Virus record (IMG/VR): IMGVR_UViG_3300048762_000248
Span: 1 to 54,567 of that record
From: a virus
DNA length: 54,567 bases
Direction: 5' to 3' (one strand)
Part shown: piece by piece, positions 36,322 to 44,550 of the stretch
Layout of the letters: every line of letters starts with the position of its first letter
Numbering within the stretch: the first letter of the stretch is position 1
Notes under the pieces: generated by a model
Databases searched by the model: none
Seen by the model: only the letters and a program-made list of their open reading frames with translations
What the model was told of the DNA's origin: nothing
Translations under genes and position numbers: made by a program

Positions 36322-36948
36322 ATGGTTGTGCTGACCACAATAAAAATCGCTAATTTACGTTCTCTTTATACCACAGGGCTTTCTATTGCAAAATTACATA
36401 AACTAACTGGATATAGTGCCATAACAATAAGCAAATATGTGAAAGACATTATAAGGAAAACTGATGACGAAAGAATTTCCATTGTATATAAAGCTACTGG
36501 AAATATCTATCGTACTGCGCCTATATGTGGAGTATCTCACTCCACAGTTTTCCGAGCACTTCAAAGGACCGCCACACCAATTCTCCGCAAAAAGGAAAAG
36601 AAGAGTTGGCGGCGTCTGTATCATTCATTACGAGCACGGGTTTCAAAATCACAATGGCGAAAAATAATTTTAGAAAGGGATAATTTTCAATGTACATTAT
36701 GTCATAAATTATCTAATATTGTTCATCATAGAATTCCTTTAGCACAGCTACGTGATGATGTTTTACATGAATATCCAGCGATAGACCCGTTTCGTTCATT
36801 TGAGGAACTGCGTAAATTTACTGATCTTGTAATGGATCGACACGCAATAGAAGACGGTCGTGTTCTGTGTCGAGAGTGTCATGAGACAACTCACAAAAAT
36901 CTAACCACCCAGGCCAAATATTATAAACAGGCAATTTTATCTGTTTAG
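36322..36948 (+). CDS. HNH homing endonuclease
   Basis: CTLCHKLSNIVHHRIPLAQLRDD...VLCRECHETTH; helix-turn-helix-like N-terminal region; start moved to ATG 36322 to avoid overlap. Confidence 0.6.
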   Translation: MVVLTTIKIANLRSLYTTGLSIAKLHKLTGYSAITISKYVKDIIRKTDDERISIVYKATGNIYRTAPICGVSHSTVFRALQRTATPILRKKEKKSWRRLYHSLRARVSKSQWRKIILERDNFQCTLCHKLSNIVHHRIPLAQLRDDVLHEYPAIDPFRSFEELRKFTDLVMDRHAIEDGRVLCRECHETTHKNLTTQAKYYKQAILSV

Positions 36949-37357
36949 CATAAGTAAGACACTGATGGGTACCTCCTTTTTTTATTCCATTCCATAAAGC
37001 CAATATCGCATTGGCATGATTTGACATCCACATATTTCTTACATGGTACTTATGCGTTGCGAAGCCGCCCTCAGACACAATCACAACATCTTCAGCCAAG
37101 TTGAGTAACTGTGAATATTCTTCCTGTGCTTCCTTCGGCCAAACATTAGCTTGTCCCACAAAAGGCACAGCCGCAATAAACGGAATTTTATTGTTTACTG
37201 CTGCATGAGCGAGAGCTTGATCCCAACCAATTGCCATACCAGAAATAATCTTGTCCGGTTTGTAGCCGGGAAGTAATTGAGTGGCGTAACGAATCAGTTT
37301 GGCTTTGTTTTCGTATCCGACTACTTCTAATCGGTGTCCAGTGCCAGCGTAGATCAT
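36818..37357 (-). CDS. YpsA-like SLOG-domain protein (DUF1273 family)
   Basis: ISGMAIGWDQALAHAAV, IAAVPFVGQANVW...EEYSQLLNLAEDVV, RNMWMSNHANAILALWN align with B. subtilis YpsA blocks ISGQAGVEQWAAEVV / AILTPF...EKYHSIMAKADFV / NQLMVDHSDACLLLYD. Confidence 0.55.
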   Translation of the reverse strand: MIYAGTGHRLEVVGYENKAKLIRYATQLLPGYKPDKIISGMAIGWDQALAHAAVNNKIPFIAAVPFVGQANVWPKEAQEEYSQLLNLAEDVVIVSEGGFATHKYHVRNMWMSNHANAILALWNGIKKGGTHQCLTYAKQIKLPVYNIWPGWLDFCELSHDTLDTEHDRLLLRVDPLQDQ

Positions 37358-37644
37358 TTCGTTGTTATCAACTCAACCGCATCGTGATTGTGAAAAATAA
37401 GTTTTAAGTGTTTCCGTATTCTTCGCATCAAATACGGACCTTTTGGTATGACACAATGACAGCCGGTACAAATATACACAGTCATGATTTCTTGGCAGCT
37501 TCCACTTCTTCGGCAGTTACTCGATACAGCTTTCCGTTGAATAGGACCATTGAAGATTTGCGTTTGATAATCTCCGCAATGGTGACTTTACTTACTGCTG
37601 GCGGTTTTTGTTCCACGAAGGCATCAAAGGCATCTGATAGTTTG

Positions 37645-37944
37645 TCAAAAATGTTTTTCATTCGACCTCACAGTTGGACTCCAACCGTCGAATGCAAACC
37701 GGCCAATCATTGTTTGCTTTTCAAAGCTCTTCGATAGATTGTAGACTTCCATCACCTTCTGCATATTCGGGCCGTGATGTTCTTCTGCTTTTTGTGACAC
37801 GCTTTCGTTGGGCATTACAAAGCAAGGGTAATCCTCCCAATCAAACGTATCGCAAACCACGACGACATGAGTAGCACCCATTTGTACGCCACGCTCAAAC
37901 CATTCTTTTAAATCTCTTATTGACGTTGCCATTTCACTCCTCAC
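37645..37944 (-). CDS. hypothetical protein
   Basis: 99-aa ORF between the two SLOG paralogs. Confidence 0.35.
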   Translation of the reverse strand: MRSEMATSIRDLKEWFERGVQMGATHVVVVCDTFDWEDYPCFVMPNESVSQKAEEHHGPNMQKVMEVYNLSKSFEKQTMIGRFAFDGWSPTVRSNEKHF

Positions 37945-38511
37945 TTAGAGCCATCATAGACTCTCGAAAAATCTCGTAATTAACATCGTTGTTAAAGTCT
38001 TCCCAAAACGGCCATAGCTGATAGATGCGTCGGTCCTTGTCTTCGGCATATTCCAATGTGCGTCTAAGAATGCCGTTAGTGCTTTGCATCACTTCTATAA
38101 TTGGGTCTGAAGAATCATCATTGTCTTTCCAATTTTTCCAAAGCATTAGTACACCATCAGAATGGTTGATAATCCATTTGTCTCGTTCGACAAATTTTAT
38201 TCCAGAAAAGCTACCAGACGAAACGATTTCAACTCCCATCGCTTGCCGCATAACGAATGGTAAAGCTCTTGTGACTTTTCTGTCCACACCTTCTGTTGCC
38301 CTTCAAATGGCACGGCAGCGATGAGCGGCAATTTGAGTTCAATTGCTGCCAACGCTAGAGCTTGTTCAAACCCCAATCCCATACCGGATACAATTTCTGT
38401 TGCGCCAAGTTTCTCTAGAGTTTCAACAGCGAAACATGTCAGCTTCGCCAATGTGTCATTGTCGTATCCGCCTAGTTCGTTCGGCCTGTGCCCAAACCCG
38501 GAGAGTACCAT
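37934..38511 (-). pseudogene. second YpsA-like SLOG paralog, split by a frameshift into two overlapping ORFs (38197..38511 and 37934..38287)
   Basis: N-half ETLEKLGATEIVSGMGLGFEQALALAAIELKLPLIAAVPFEGQQKVW and C-half VERDKWIINHSDGVLMLWKN match consecutive YpsA blocks but lie in different frames. Confidence 0.4.
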
Positions 38512-38532
38512 TCAACTTTTATTATAGCACGC

Positions 38533-39573
38533 CTAGCGAGACTTGCGTGGTTCGGGCGACGGTTGATGTGCGCTACCCGATTTCAGATATTCGTGGATGA
38601 ATTTGAGTTCTTTTTTGTTGGCGACTTTTTTGTGCTGTGTGGTCGGAATGGCGAGAATGTCGGGTACATCACGATAATAGATGGTATGAATTTCTCCATC
38701 TTTCAGACCGTAATAAGGGCCTTGATATTCGTAGTGGTGAATGACCCGGTAGACTTCATCCGGCTTGTGCCATGCGTAGGTGCATACGTACCAGATCGGG
38801 CGTGGAGTCGGTTCATGTCCATGAACGCAGACGGCTGGCCTGTCGTCATAGCGTTGAAAGTAGCCCTTCTTATCCTTGTCTTCCGGCAATGGTGGGATCT
38901 TGAAATGAACGCATCCACAATCGGTATTGCGATCCTTCAGAACTTCAAGATTGAACCAAGTGTCGTCGTGCCAATGAATCGATGTAACCGGAGATTTCGG
39001 AAAAGACCAACGGCGAGGTTCGCCTTCACAAAGAATACCACTTTCAGGATGAATGTACAGCCCAGTGTAAGGAAGTTCCCACCATCGTGTTCTGCTACTC
39101 CAACGAGTTTGATAGGGCTTGTCATCATACATCATGATGTCTTTGGCTACGGCCCAACCAAGATGTTCCATGACCTGATAACCAGTGTCAGAACGGACAT
39201 CCACAAAGGCGCAGATTTCGCTGTAGACATCGTTCCAGGGACGGCCTACATTCTTACGGAGAAAGCGGTACAGCGGTTTGGTATTTTCATTCCGGCGTTT
39301 GTAAAATCGGCCATGTCCTTCCTGGCGATGACGGGCAGATGAAAGGAACATGGCACCATCTTCGTAAGTATAGTCTACGCCGTTGATGATGGACGGGTCT
39401 TCCCACCCATCACAAATTTCCAGCATATGGGAACGGAAATCTTCAAAGGATGTGTGATGCCGATGATTGTTTTGAAAAAATTTGGGATTGACTTTCAAGC
39501 GAGTCTTTTGAGACCGCTCCGAAGAGTTACCCCGTTGTCGTTCGAATAGTACCTTGTCGATGTCTTGACGCAT
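38533..39573 (-). CDS. hypothetical protein
   Basis: 346-aa Trp/His/Tyr-rich ORF. Confidence 0.45.
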   Translation of the reverse strand: MRQDIDKVLFERQRGNSSERSQKTRLKVNPKFFQNNHRHHTSFEDFRSHMLEICDGWEDPSIINGVDYTYEDGAMFLSSARHRQEGHGRFYKRRNENTKPLYRFLRKNVGRPWNDVYSEICAFVDVRSDTGYQVMEHLGWAVAKDIMMYDDKPYQTRWSSRTRWWELPYTGLYIHPESGILCEGEPRRWSFPKSPVTSIHWHDDTWFNLEVLKDRNTDCGCVHFKIPPLPEDKDKKGYFQRYDDRPAVCVHGHEPTPRPIWYVCTYAWHKPDEVYRVIHHYEYQGPYYGLKDGEIHTIYYRDVPDILAIPTTQHKKVANKKELKFIHEYLKSGSAHQPSPEPRKSR

Positions 39574-39665
39574 TTTATAGCCCTCAATTTGCTATCTTAA
39601 TAGTCATGACAACCTCCGGGTAAAAATTCTTTTAATTTGATGTAATATCCCATAATGACTTATAT

Positions 39666-40001
39666 TTAGTGATCCGGCGAAAACGGAACGCCGCCACGTG
39701 AACCAAGCTTTCGGATTGGGTCAACTTCATCACGGATTGGTAGGAACGGTTTTGGCATCTTGCCGAATAAATCTTTGTACGGTGATAAGTGTTTGAGCAC
39801 CACAGGATCGCCATTCAAATCGTTGTTCTCCAGGTCCACTACATCGCACGGGATATTCCAATCCGACAACGCAACAGCCGTGTAGCGGGCCGTCTCAAAA
39901 TTGTCGGTCTTGGTGCTCTCCGCAATCGTTCCATCGTTGAGATTTCTCACTCCATATTTCATCGTAACTCCAGTGTAACACATGTTCGGCTTGCTTGTCA
40001 A
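39666..40001 (-). CDS. hypothetical protein
   Basis: 111-aa ORF. Confidence 0.35.
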   Translation of the reverse strand: MTSKPNMCYTGVTMKYGVRNLNDGTIAESTKTDNFETARYTAVALSDWNIPCDVVDLENNDLNGDPVVLKHLSPYKDLFGKMPKPFLPIRDEVDPIRKLGSRGGVPFSPDH

Positions 40002-40068
40002 ATTAAAGGACCACTAACAGGTCATCAGTCAATCCTTGAATCACCGTAGGCGTTGATACCGGCCTTTG

Positions 40069-40302
40069 CTAGCACTCCAGCGAACGCACGAAAGTAGAAT
40101 TGGCAGGGCGAACGGTGATCCAAGCGAAGCCGCACACGCCATCGTCTACGACCCACGCTCTTTTCACGGGCGAAGAATCGTTCAGCAGATTGGTGTGCTC
40201 TACTACCGCCATCGGCATGGGCACGGAAGCGAGACCGGCCTGAAGGCCAGCAATTCGGGCTTCGTTGAAAAGAATTTGAAATTCCTGATCCTGTTTGGTC
40301 AT
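40069..40302 (-). CDS. hypothetical protein
   Basis: 77-aa ORF. Confidence 0.3.
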   Translation of the reverse strand: MTKQDQEFQILFNEARIAGLQAGLASVPMPMAVVEHTNLLNDSSPVKRAWVVDDGVCGFAWITVRPANSTFVRSLEC

Positions 40303-40374
40303 GATTTATAGTACCACAATCGAAAGCAGGATGTCAATAGATGTATCAAAATACCCTAAAATCAGGCATATGCG

Positions 40375-40809
40375 TCATGGTCTGATTACTCCTGAATGTG
40401 GAGATCCATTTACATTCGTGGTGTAACCTTCTTGTTGCTTTTCGGTAATGAATGTGTTGAAAATATTAAGCGCTTCTTTGTAACTGACGGCGATTTTCGT
40501 TTTTGTTCCTTCTGTCATATGTTTGTTGCGCTTGCCGTAAGAAAAGTTGACGTAATAGGCATCTGTGTACTTCGATTCCTTTACGATGGCGAGTGTGTAC
40601 ACCTTGTCACTATTTTTGACCGGGTTGGTGTAATAGAGTTTGATGGTTTTAACGCTTTCAATTTCACTGCTCGATGTCATCGGAGAAATTTTTGGTGCTG
40701 GTTCCGGCGCATCATTTAGCGCCAGCATGAGCATCTTCTCACGGAAGGTTTCAAAGTCTTCTTTTTTGGGAGTGGCGGATTTACTTATCTTCTGAAATTT
40801 TTTTAACAT
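40375..40809 (-). CDS. hypothetical protein
   Basis: 144-aa ORF. Confidence 0.4.
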   Translation of the reverse strand: MLKKFQKISKSATPKKEDFETFREKMLMLALNDAPEPAPKISPMTSSSEIESVKTIKLYYTNPVKNSDKVYTLAIVKESKYTDAYYVNFSYGKRNKHMTEGTKTKIAVSYKEALNIFNTFITEKQQEGYTTNVNGSPHSGVIRP

Positions 40810-40925
40810 ACGCTTTTTCTTTGGAGATGTAATACGTCCATAAGGTAAAATCGTTTATCCATTCGTGACCGTTCCATCTACTTGCCACACAACAACTCCA
40901 TTATAACAAAAGCAATCTTAAACAA

Positions 40926-41468
40926 TCAAGATGTGTATAACAACTCAAGAAGAACCTGACCATGGCACACATAGTGATTTTGCAAATTTTTGGATACACA
41001 CCAGCATCCTAATCGTTTGCCTTTTAATTCCTTCAATTTCTCCAATAAATCCGGGCGTGAGAAAATGTATGCTCGATACTTCTCAATCGCATCTTCCCGT
41101 GTGGCGACTTGGAATTCAGCCGCCGTGTTGTCTAGATGGCTGTAAGGATTTCCAAACTGGCTTCCACGACCAATGTAGACATTGCGCTCGTTCTGTCCGC
41201 ACCACTCACGAACACGTTGCGCTATTGTGTCCTTTGTTGTTTCCTTAGCGATGTTGACCAGGACCGTCTCTTCGCCAAAGATTTCTTCTAAAGTGCTACG
41301 ACTCCCAATGAGATCAGAAGCCATGTGATGATTGCTCCAGGAATAAACAGTTCGCCACCGATGATGCCCAACAGTATCATTTGCAGTGAGAAAATTGATG
41401 TGGCCGGATCGAGCGGTGTGATTGCAGGGACGCTGGCGTGTAATGTTGGAAGCCAGTGAAACAGGCAA
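40926..41468 (-). CDS. DUF4326-like domain protein (start uncertain)
   Basis: VYIGRGSQFGNPYSH...REDAIEKYRAYI...LKGKRLGCWCVSKNLQNHYVCHGQVL fits the DUF4326 pattern (GNPF/Y ... CWC ... CH); N-terminal 47 codons overlap another ORF. Confidence 0.45.
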   Translation of the reverse strand: MPVSLASNITRQRPCNHTARSGHINFLTANDTVGHHRWRTVYSWSNHHMASDLIGSRSTLEEIFGEETVLVNIAKETTKDTIAQRVREWCGQNERNVYIGRGSQFGNPYSHLDNTAAEFQVATREDAIEKYRAYIFSRPDLLEKLKELKGKRLGCWCVSKNLQNHYVCHGQVLLELLYTS

Positions 41469-41557
41469 TATCTTGCTGCGAGACTACCGACTAGTAAGTT
41501 GACCAACAGCGTAATCAAACAACCGCTCCCGCTACAACCGCAGCATCTCGTTTTCAT
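41288..41557 (-). CDS. possible small membrane protein (alternative frame to DUF4326 N-terminus)
   Basis: two hydrophobic segments; overlaps 40926..41468; only one of the two readings can be real over 41288..41468. Confidence 0.2.
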   Translation of the reverse strand: MKTRCCGCSGSGCLITLLVNLLVGSLAARYCLFHWLPTLHASVPAITPLDPATSIFSLQMILLGIIGGELFIPGAIITWLLISLGVVAL

Positions 41558-41566
41558 GTTGTGCTC

Positions 41567-42148
41567 CTATACTCCTTGATATTCGAAAAGTCTGTCAAGC
41601 TCCCACCACATTGGCATTGTGTCAATGTTCGATGCGTACAACGCTGCACGAAACTCTGGATATTCCTGTTTGTACATTTCGTAAAATTTAGTATCGGGTT
41701 TTCTTTTTGCTGCTCTGCCGTTTGCAATCCGATCCGCTAGCTTGACAACAATGGCAAGTTCAAGAGCGGCGATCTTCGGATAGGTCTTGATGTTTCTTTC
41801 CTTGCGATTCTTTCCAGGCTCCGCAGTGACCGCTTCAATGATCTGGTTTAGGTAACCAGGAAAATCGAGTTTGAACTGTTCCCGCTGTTCTTGTCTGGTG
41901 AGAACATCTTCCAGAACATCATGCAGCCATGCAGCCGCACGTAGGATCGATGAAATGTGATTGAATTCAATTAGGATGGATTCGACATCTTCAAGATGCG
42001 TGGTGTATGGTACGCCATTACCATACTCTTGACCTTCATGTTTCTTGGTGGCGTAGCGGCGGGCACGAGCAACAAGCTCAACACCTTCGGATATTGCCTT
42101 GATGTTCATCCGTTCGCTAATGCGCTGGTCGAGTTCTGCTCGTAGCAT
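41567..42148 (-). CDS. HD-domain small alarmone hydrolase (SpoT/Mesh1-type (p)ppGpp hydrolase)
   Basis: YATKKHEGQEYGNGVPYTTHLEDVESIL ... AAWLHDVLED matches the RelA/SpoT HD hydrolase blocks (H.GQ.R.SGEPYI.HP ... AALLHDV.EDT); 193 aa, single domain. Confidence 0.6.
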   Translation of the reverse strand: MLRAELDQRISERMNIKAISEGVELVARARRYATKKHEGQEYGNGVPYTTHLEDVESILIEFNHISSILRAAAWLHDVLEDVLTRQEQREQFKLDFPGYLNQIIEAVTAEPGKNRKERNIKTYPKIAALELAIVVKLADRIANGRAAKRKPDTKFYEMYKQEYPEFRAALYASNIDTMPMWWELDRLFEYQGV

Positions 42149-42195
42149 GATCTATCCTAAAGACCATTATAGCACACAATTCGACTCAAGTACAT

Positions 42196-42840
42196 CTATT
42201 TTCTAGCGAAGCGCTTTTTGCCGATGACCACCAAGAATAAGCCGGTGCCAGTTAAAATCATTGAGAACGGTTCGGGAGTCGTTTGGTCGTTTTGTGGGGT
42301 TACAACAAAATAGATTCCTTCAACGAGGGCAAAACAAGGTTGCGGGCCGCAGTTACCAGGAAACGTTTCATAAAGTTGATCCGCAAAAGGTGTTGGACCT
42401 GTTCCCCCATATTCAAGATTGATTTCAGTACCACTTAGGCCATTCACATCAAACAGTAAGCCAGCAGTGCCATTGACCAATTGTAGATTGTTATCTAACT
42501 GATTATCGTAAGTGAACAATCCATCTGTGGATGTGCCCGTAAATCCGACACGATTATCAATGGTAGTAGTGCCAGAAATACCATAGCTGTTGTTAACATA
42601 ATTTCCGTCAAAGCTGGTAATGTTCCAGACATTTGGAGTACCAGAATAAACGGTTGTTAAAGTTCCGCTGCCAAAGATAGCGCCAGGATTGACGCCAGGA
42701 TTGAGATCGCAAGAACCAGAATCACTGTTAGAGAGATCACAAGAACTGATAGCCCATTGGTAAGTATCTGCCATAACAGACATAACAGACATAACAGATA
42801 CGAAAAAAAGAACAACAAACAAAATTGATAGACGTTTCAT
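42196..42840 (-). CDS. PEP-CTERM-anchored secreted protein 1
   Basis: signal peptide MKRLSILFVVLFFVSVMSVMSVMA, N/T/G/S-rich mature part, C-terminus TPEPFSMILTGTGLFLVVIGKKRFARK. Confidence 0.65.
   Translation of the reverse strand: MKRLSILFVVLFFVSVMSVMSVMADTYQWAISSCDLSNSDSGSCDLNPGVNPGAIFGSGTLTTVYSGTPNVWNITSFDGNYVNNSYGISGTTTIDNRVGFTGTSTDGLFTYDNQLDNNLQLVNGTAGLLFDVNGLSGTEINLEYGGTGPTPFADQLYETFPGNCGPQPCFALVEGIYFVVTPQNDQTTPEPFSMILTGTGLFLVVIGKKRFARK
42772..42798. repeat. 3 x 9-nt tandem repeat CATAACAGA
   Basis: direct observation; encodes SVMSVMSVM inside the signal peptide of PEP-CTERM protein 1. Confidence 0.6.
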
Positions 42841-42857
42841 TTTTCAATCCTCTCCAA

Positions 42858-42903
42858 TTTCATCAACCGGAGAGCGTCAGTTCACCACTTCAGAACTGAC
42901 GCT
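42858..42903 (-). promoter_or_regulatory. conserved motif TCTCCGGTTGATGAAA plus perfect 11-bp inverted repeat AGCGTCAGTTC-N9-GAACTGACGCT upstream of PEP-CTERM gene 1
   Basis: motif shared with 44457..44473; IR not followed by T-run on either strand. Confidence 0.4.
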
Positions 42904-42914
42904 AGTGTATACTT

Positions 42915-43499
42915 CTACTTAGCGAAGCGCTTTTTGCCGAAGATGCTGAGACCGAGCAGGCCGGTTCCCAACAGAAGCATGGAGGCCGGTTCGGGAGCCG
43001 TGCCATCATTGCCACCTTGCACCACATTGGCAGTAAAATTAATCTGAGCGCTTGGATTGCCTTGTGGAACGTCGGTGATACATGTATCACCTACATTGCA
43101 ATCACCAGTTACACCATACCCTGCTGCGGTGGCGTACCATGCGATATTATAATTCACACCACCAGAATTACTGAACGAAAGTCCATTTTCAGTGAAATAT
43201 GGAGAATTATTGGTGAACGCATTGTCGTTCGATGCAAAGGCACCAGGATTAAGCAATGTCATCGGTCCAAGATCGGTAACTCCCAGGTAAAGATCGCTGC
43301 CCGTGATACCGACGATAGTGTTTGTTGTTGAATCGACATCGAAAACGCCGCCACCGAATAGTGCTCCGACCGGATTGACGGCATTGGCAGTGGCAAAATC
43401 AAATGAGTAGTAGAGTGTATTGGCTTGAGCGACTGTTCCGCCCAAAAATAATGCGACCACTGCAATGAGCGGAAGCAGGTACAGCCGTTTTGTGTTCAT
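42915..43499 (-). CDS. PEP-CTERM-anchored secreted protein 2
   Basis: signal peptide MNTKRLYLLPLIAVVALFLGGTVAQA, C-terminus APEPASMLLLGTGLLGLSIFGKKRFAK; paralogous tail to protein 1. Confidence 0.65.
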   Translation of the reverse strand: MNTKRLYLLPLIAVVALFLGGTVAQANTLYYSFDFATANAVNPVGALFGGGVFDVDSTTNTIVGITGSDLYLGVTDLGPMTLLNPGAFASNDNAFTNNSPYFTENGLSFSNSGGVNYNIAWYATAAGYGVTGDCNVGDTCITDVPQGNPSAQINFTANVVQGGNDGTAPEPASMLLLGTGLLGLSIFGKKRFAK

Positions 43500-43545
43500 A
43501 AAATCCTTTTTTTGGTTAAACTACTGGTTTCGGTTATGCGCCGGT

Positions 43546-43575
43546 CTGAAATGACAGTTCAATCTGTCATTTCAG
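43546..43575 (-). promoter_or_regulatory. perfect 12-bp inverted repeat CTGAAATGACAG-N6-CTGTCATTTCAG upstream of PEP-CTERM gene 2
   Basis: direct observation; no flanking T-run, so operator or RNA structure rather than intrinsic terminator. Confidence 0.4.
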
Positions 43576-43593
43576 AGTTGTCAGCGCAAGTAA

Positions 43594-44361
43594 TTACGCC
43601 TTGCTGCGAAGGAACTTCTTGCTCATGCTGCCCAAGAAAACCAAAGCCGAGCCAAGCATCGACATCGTACCCGGTTCAGGAGTCTGACTTCCTTGGTTAC
43701 CTACAGACCCAAGAAAGACTTGAGGATAATCGTTGCAACCTGCAACGACGGCATCACAAACATTGGATTGAGATCCAGCCACAGGAACAAGCAACTTATA
43801 ATTGGTATCATACGCAAGTTCTGCTGCTATTGTAGATGTAACCGAAGCTTTGAGCATGTGTGTAATCCACCAAGTGTTGGCAGTAGTGAGATCTGTTGAA
43901 ACACCTGACTCCGTAAATGTTCCTGGTTTGGTGAGATCCCAAATGGCTCCATTGTAATTGGCATTTGGATCTGAAGAAGCATCCATTTGGTTATACAGCC
44001 AAACTTGTTCGGTTAAGTTTTGAAGAGAAACACCTGTGCCATCTTCAAACGTGACACCACCAACTATGGGATCGACATTGGCGGTCCAAGTTTCGCCCGA
44101 CACAATTTCAAATTCCGGCGTAATGCAAGGAACTGTGAAGAGCACTCCATTGACGGTTAAGTTGTATTCACCAGCATAAACGGTTACGCCAAGTAAGGAA
44201 TCGTATAGTGTGCCAACTTGACCGGAACCTGTGGTAACAGGGCCGTTAAAGGTTACATTGACTGGACTTGCCCCTGCGACCAGCGAGAACGCCAGAAGCA
44301 AAAAAGCGAGCGTGAAAATGCTTGTAATTTTGTTCATAATATTTGGATTCTCCAAATCCAT
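43594..44361 (-). CDS. PEP-CTERM-anchored secreted protein 3
   Basis: likely start MNKITSIFTLAFLLLAFSLVAGA (ATG 44337); C-terminus TPEPGTMSMLGSALVFLGSMSKKFLRSKA. Confidence 0.6.
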   Translation of the reverse strand: MDLENPNIMNKITSIFTLAFLLLAFSLVAGASPVNVTFNGPVTTGSGQVGTLYDSLLGVTVYAGEYNLTVNGVLFTVPCITPEFEIVSGETWTANVDPIVGGVTFEDGTGVSLQNLTEQVWLYNQMDASSDPNANYNGAIWDLTKPGTFTESGVSTDLTTANTWWITHMLKASVTSTIAAELAYDTNYKLLVPVAGSQSNVCDAVVAGCNDYPQVFLGSVGNQGSQTPEPGTMSMLGSALVFLGSMSKKFLRSKA

Positions 44362-44456
44362 TTTTCTCTCTTCGCTAGATTTTCTCTGGCGAAATCAACT
44401 TCCAGCTTCCAGAATAGCACAGTAAAGTGCCAAATGCAAACTGCAAACTTTTCCGA

Positions 44457-44515
44457 TTTTCATCAACCGGAGAAAGGTACTGCTTCAATCTTTTAGGTTA
44501 GCACAGAAATGTGCT
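44457..44515 (-). promoter_or_regulatory. second copy of TCTCCGGTTGATGAAA motif and 6-bp palindrome AGCACA-N4-TGTGCT upstream of PEP-CTERM gene 3
   Basis: 16/16-nt identity with motif at 42858..42873. Confidence 0.35.
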
Positions 44516-44550
44516 GATGACAACATTCAATATATATCACGAGCTAAATT

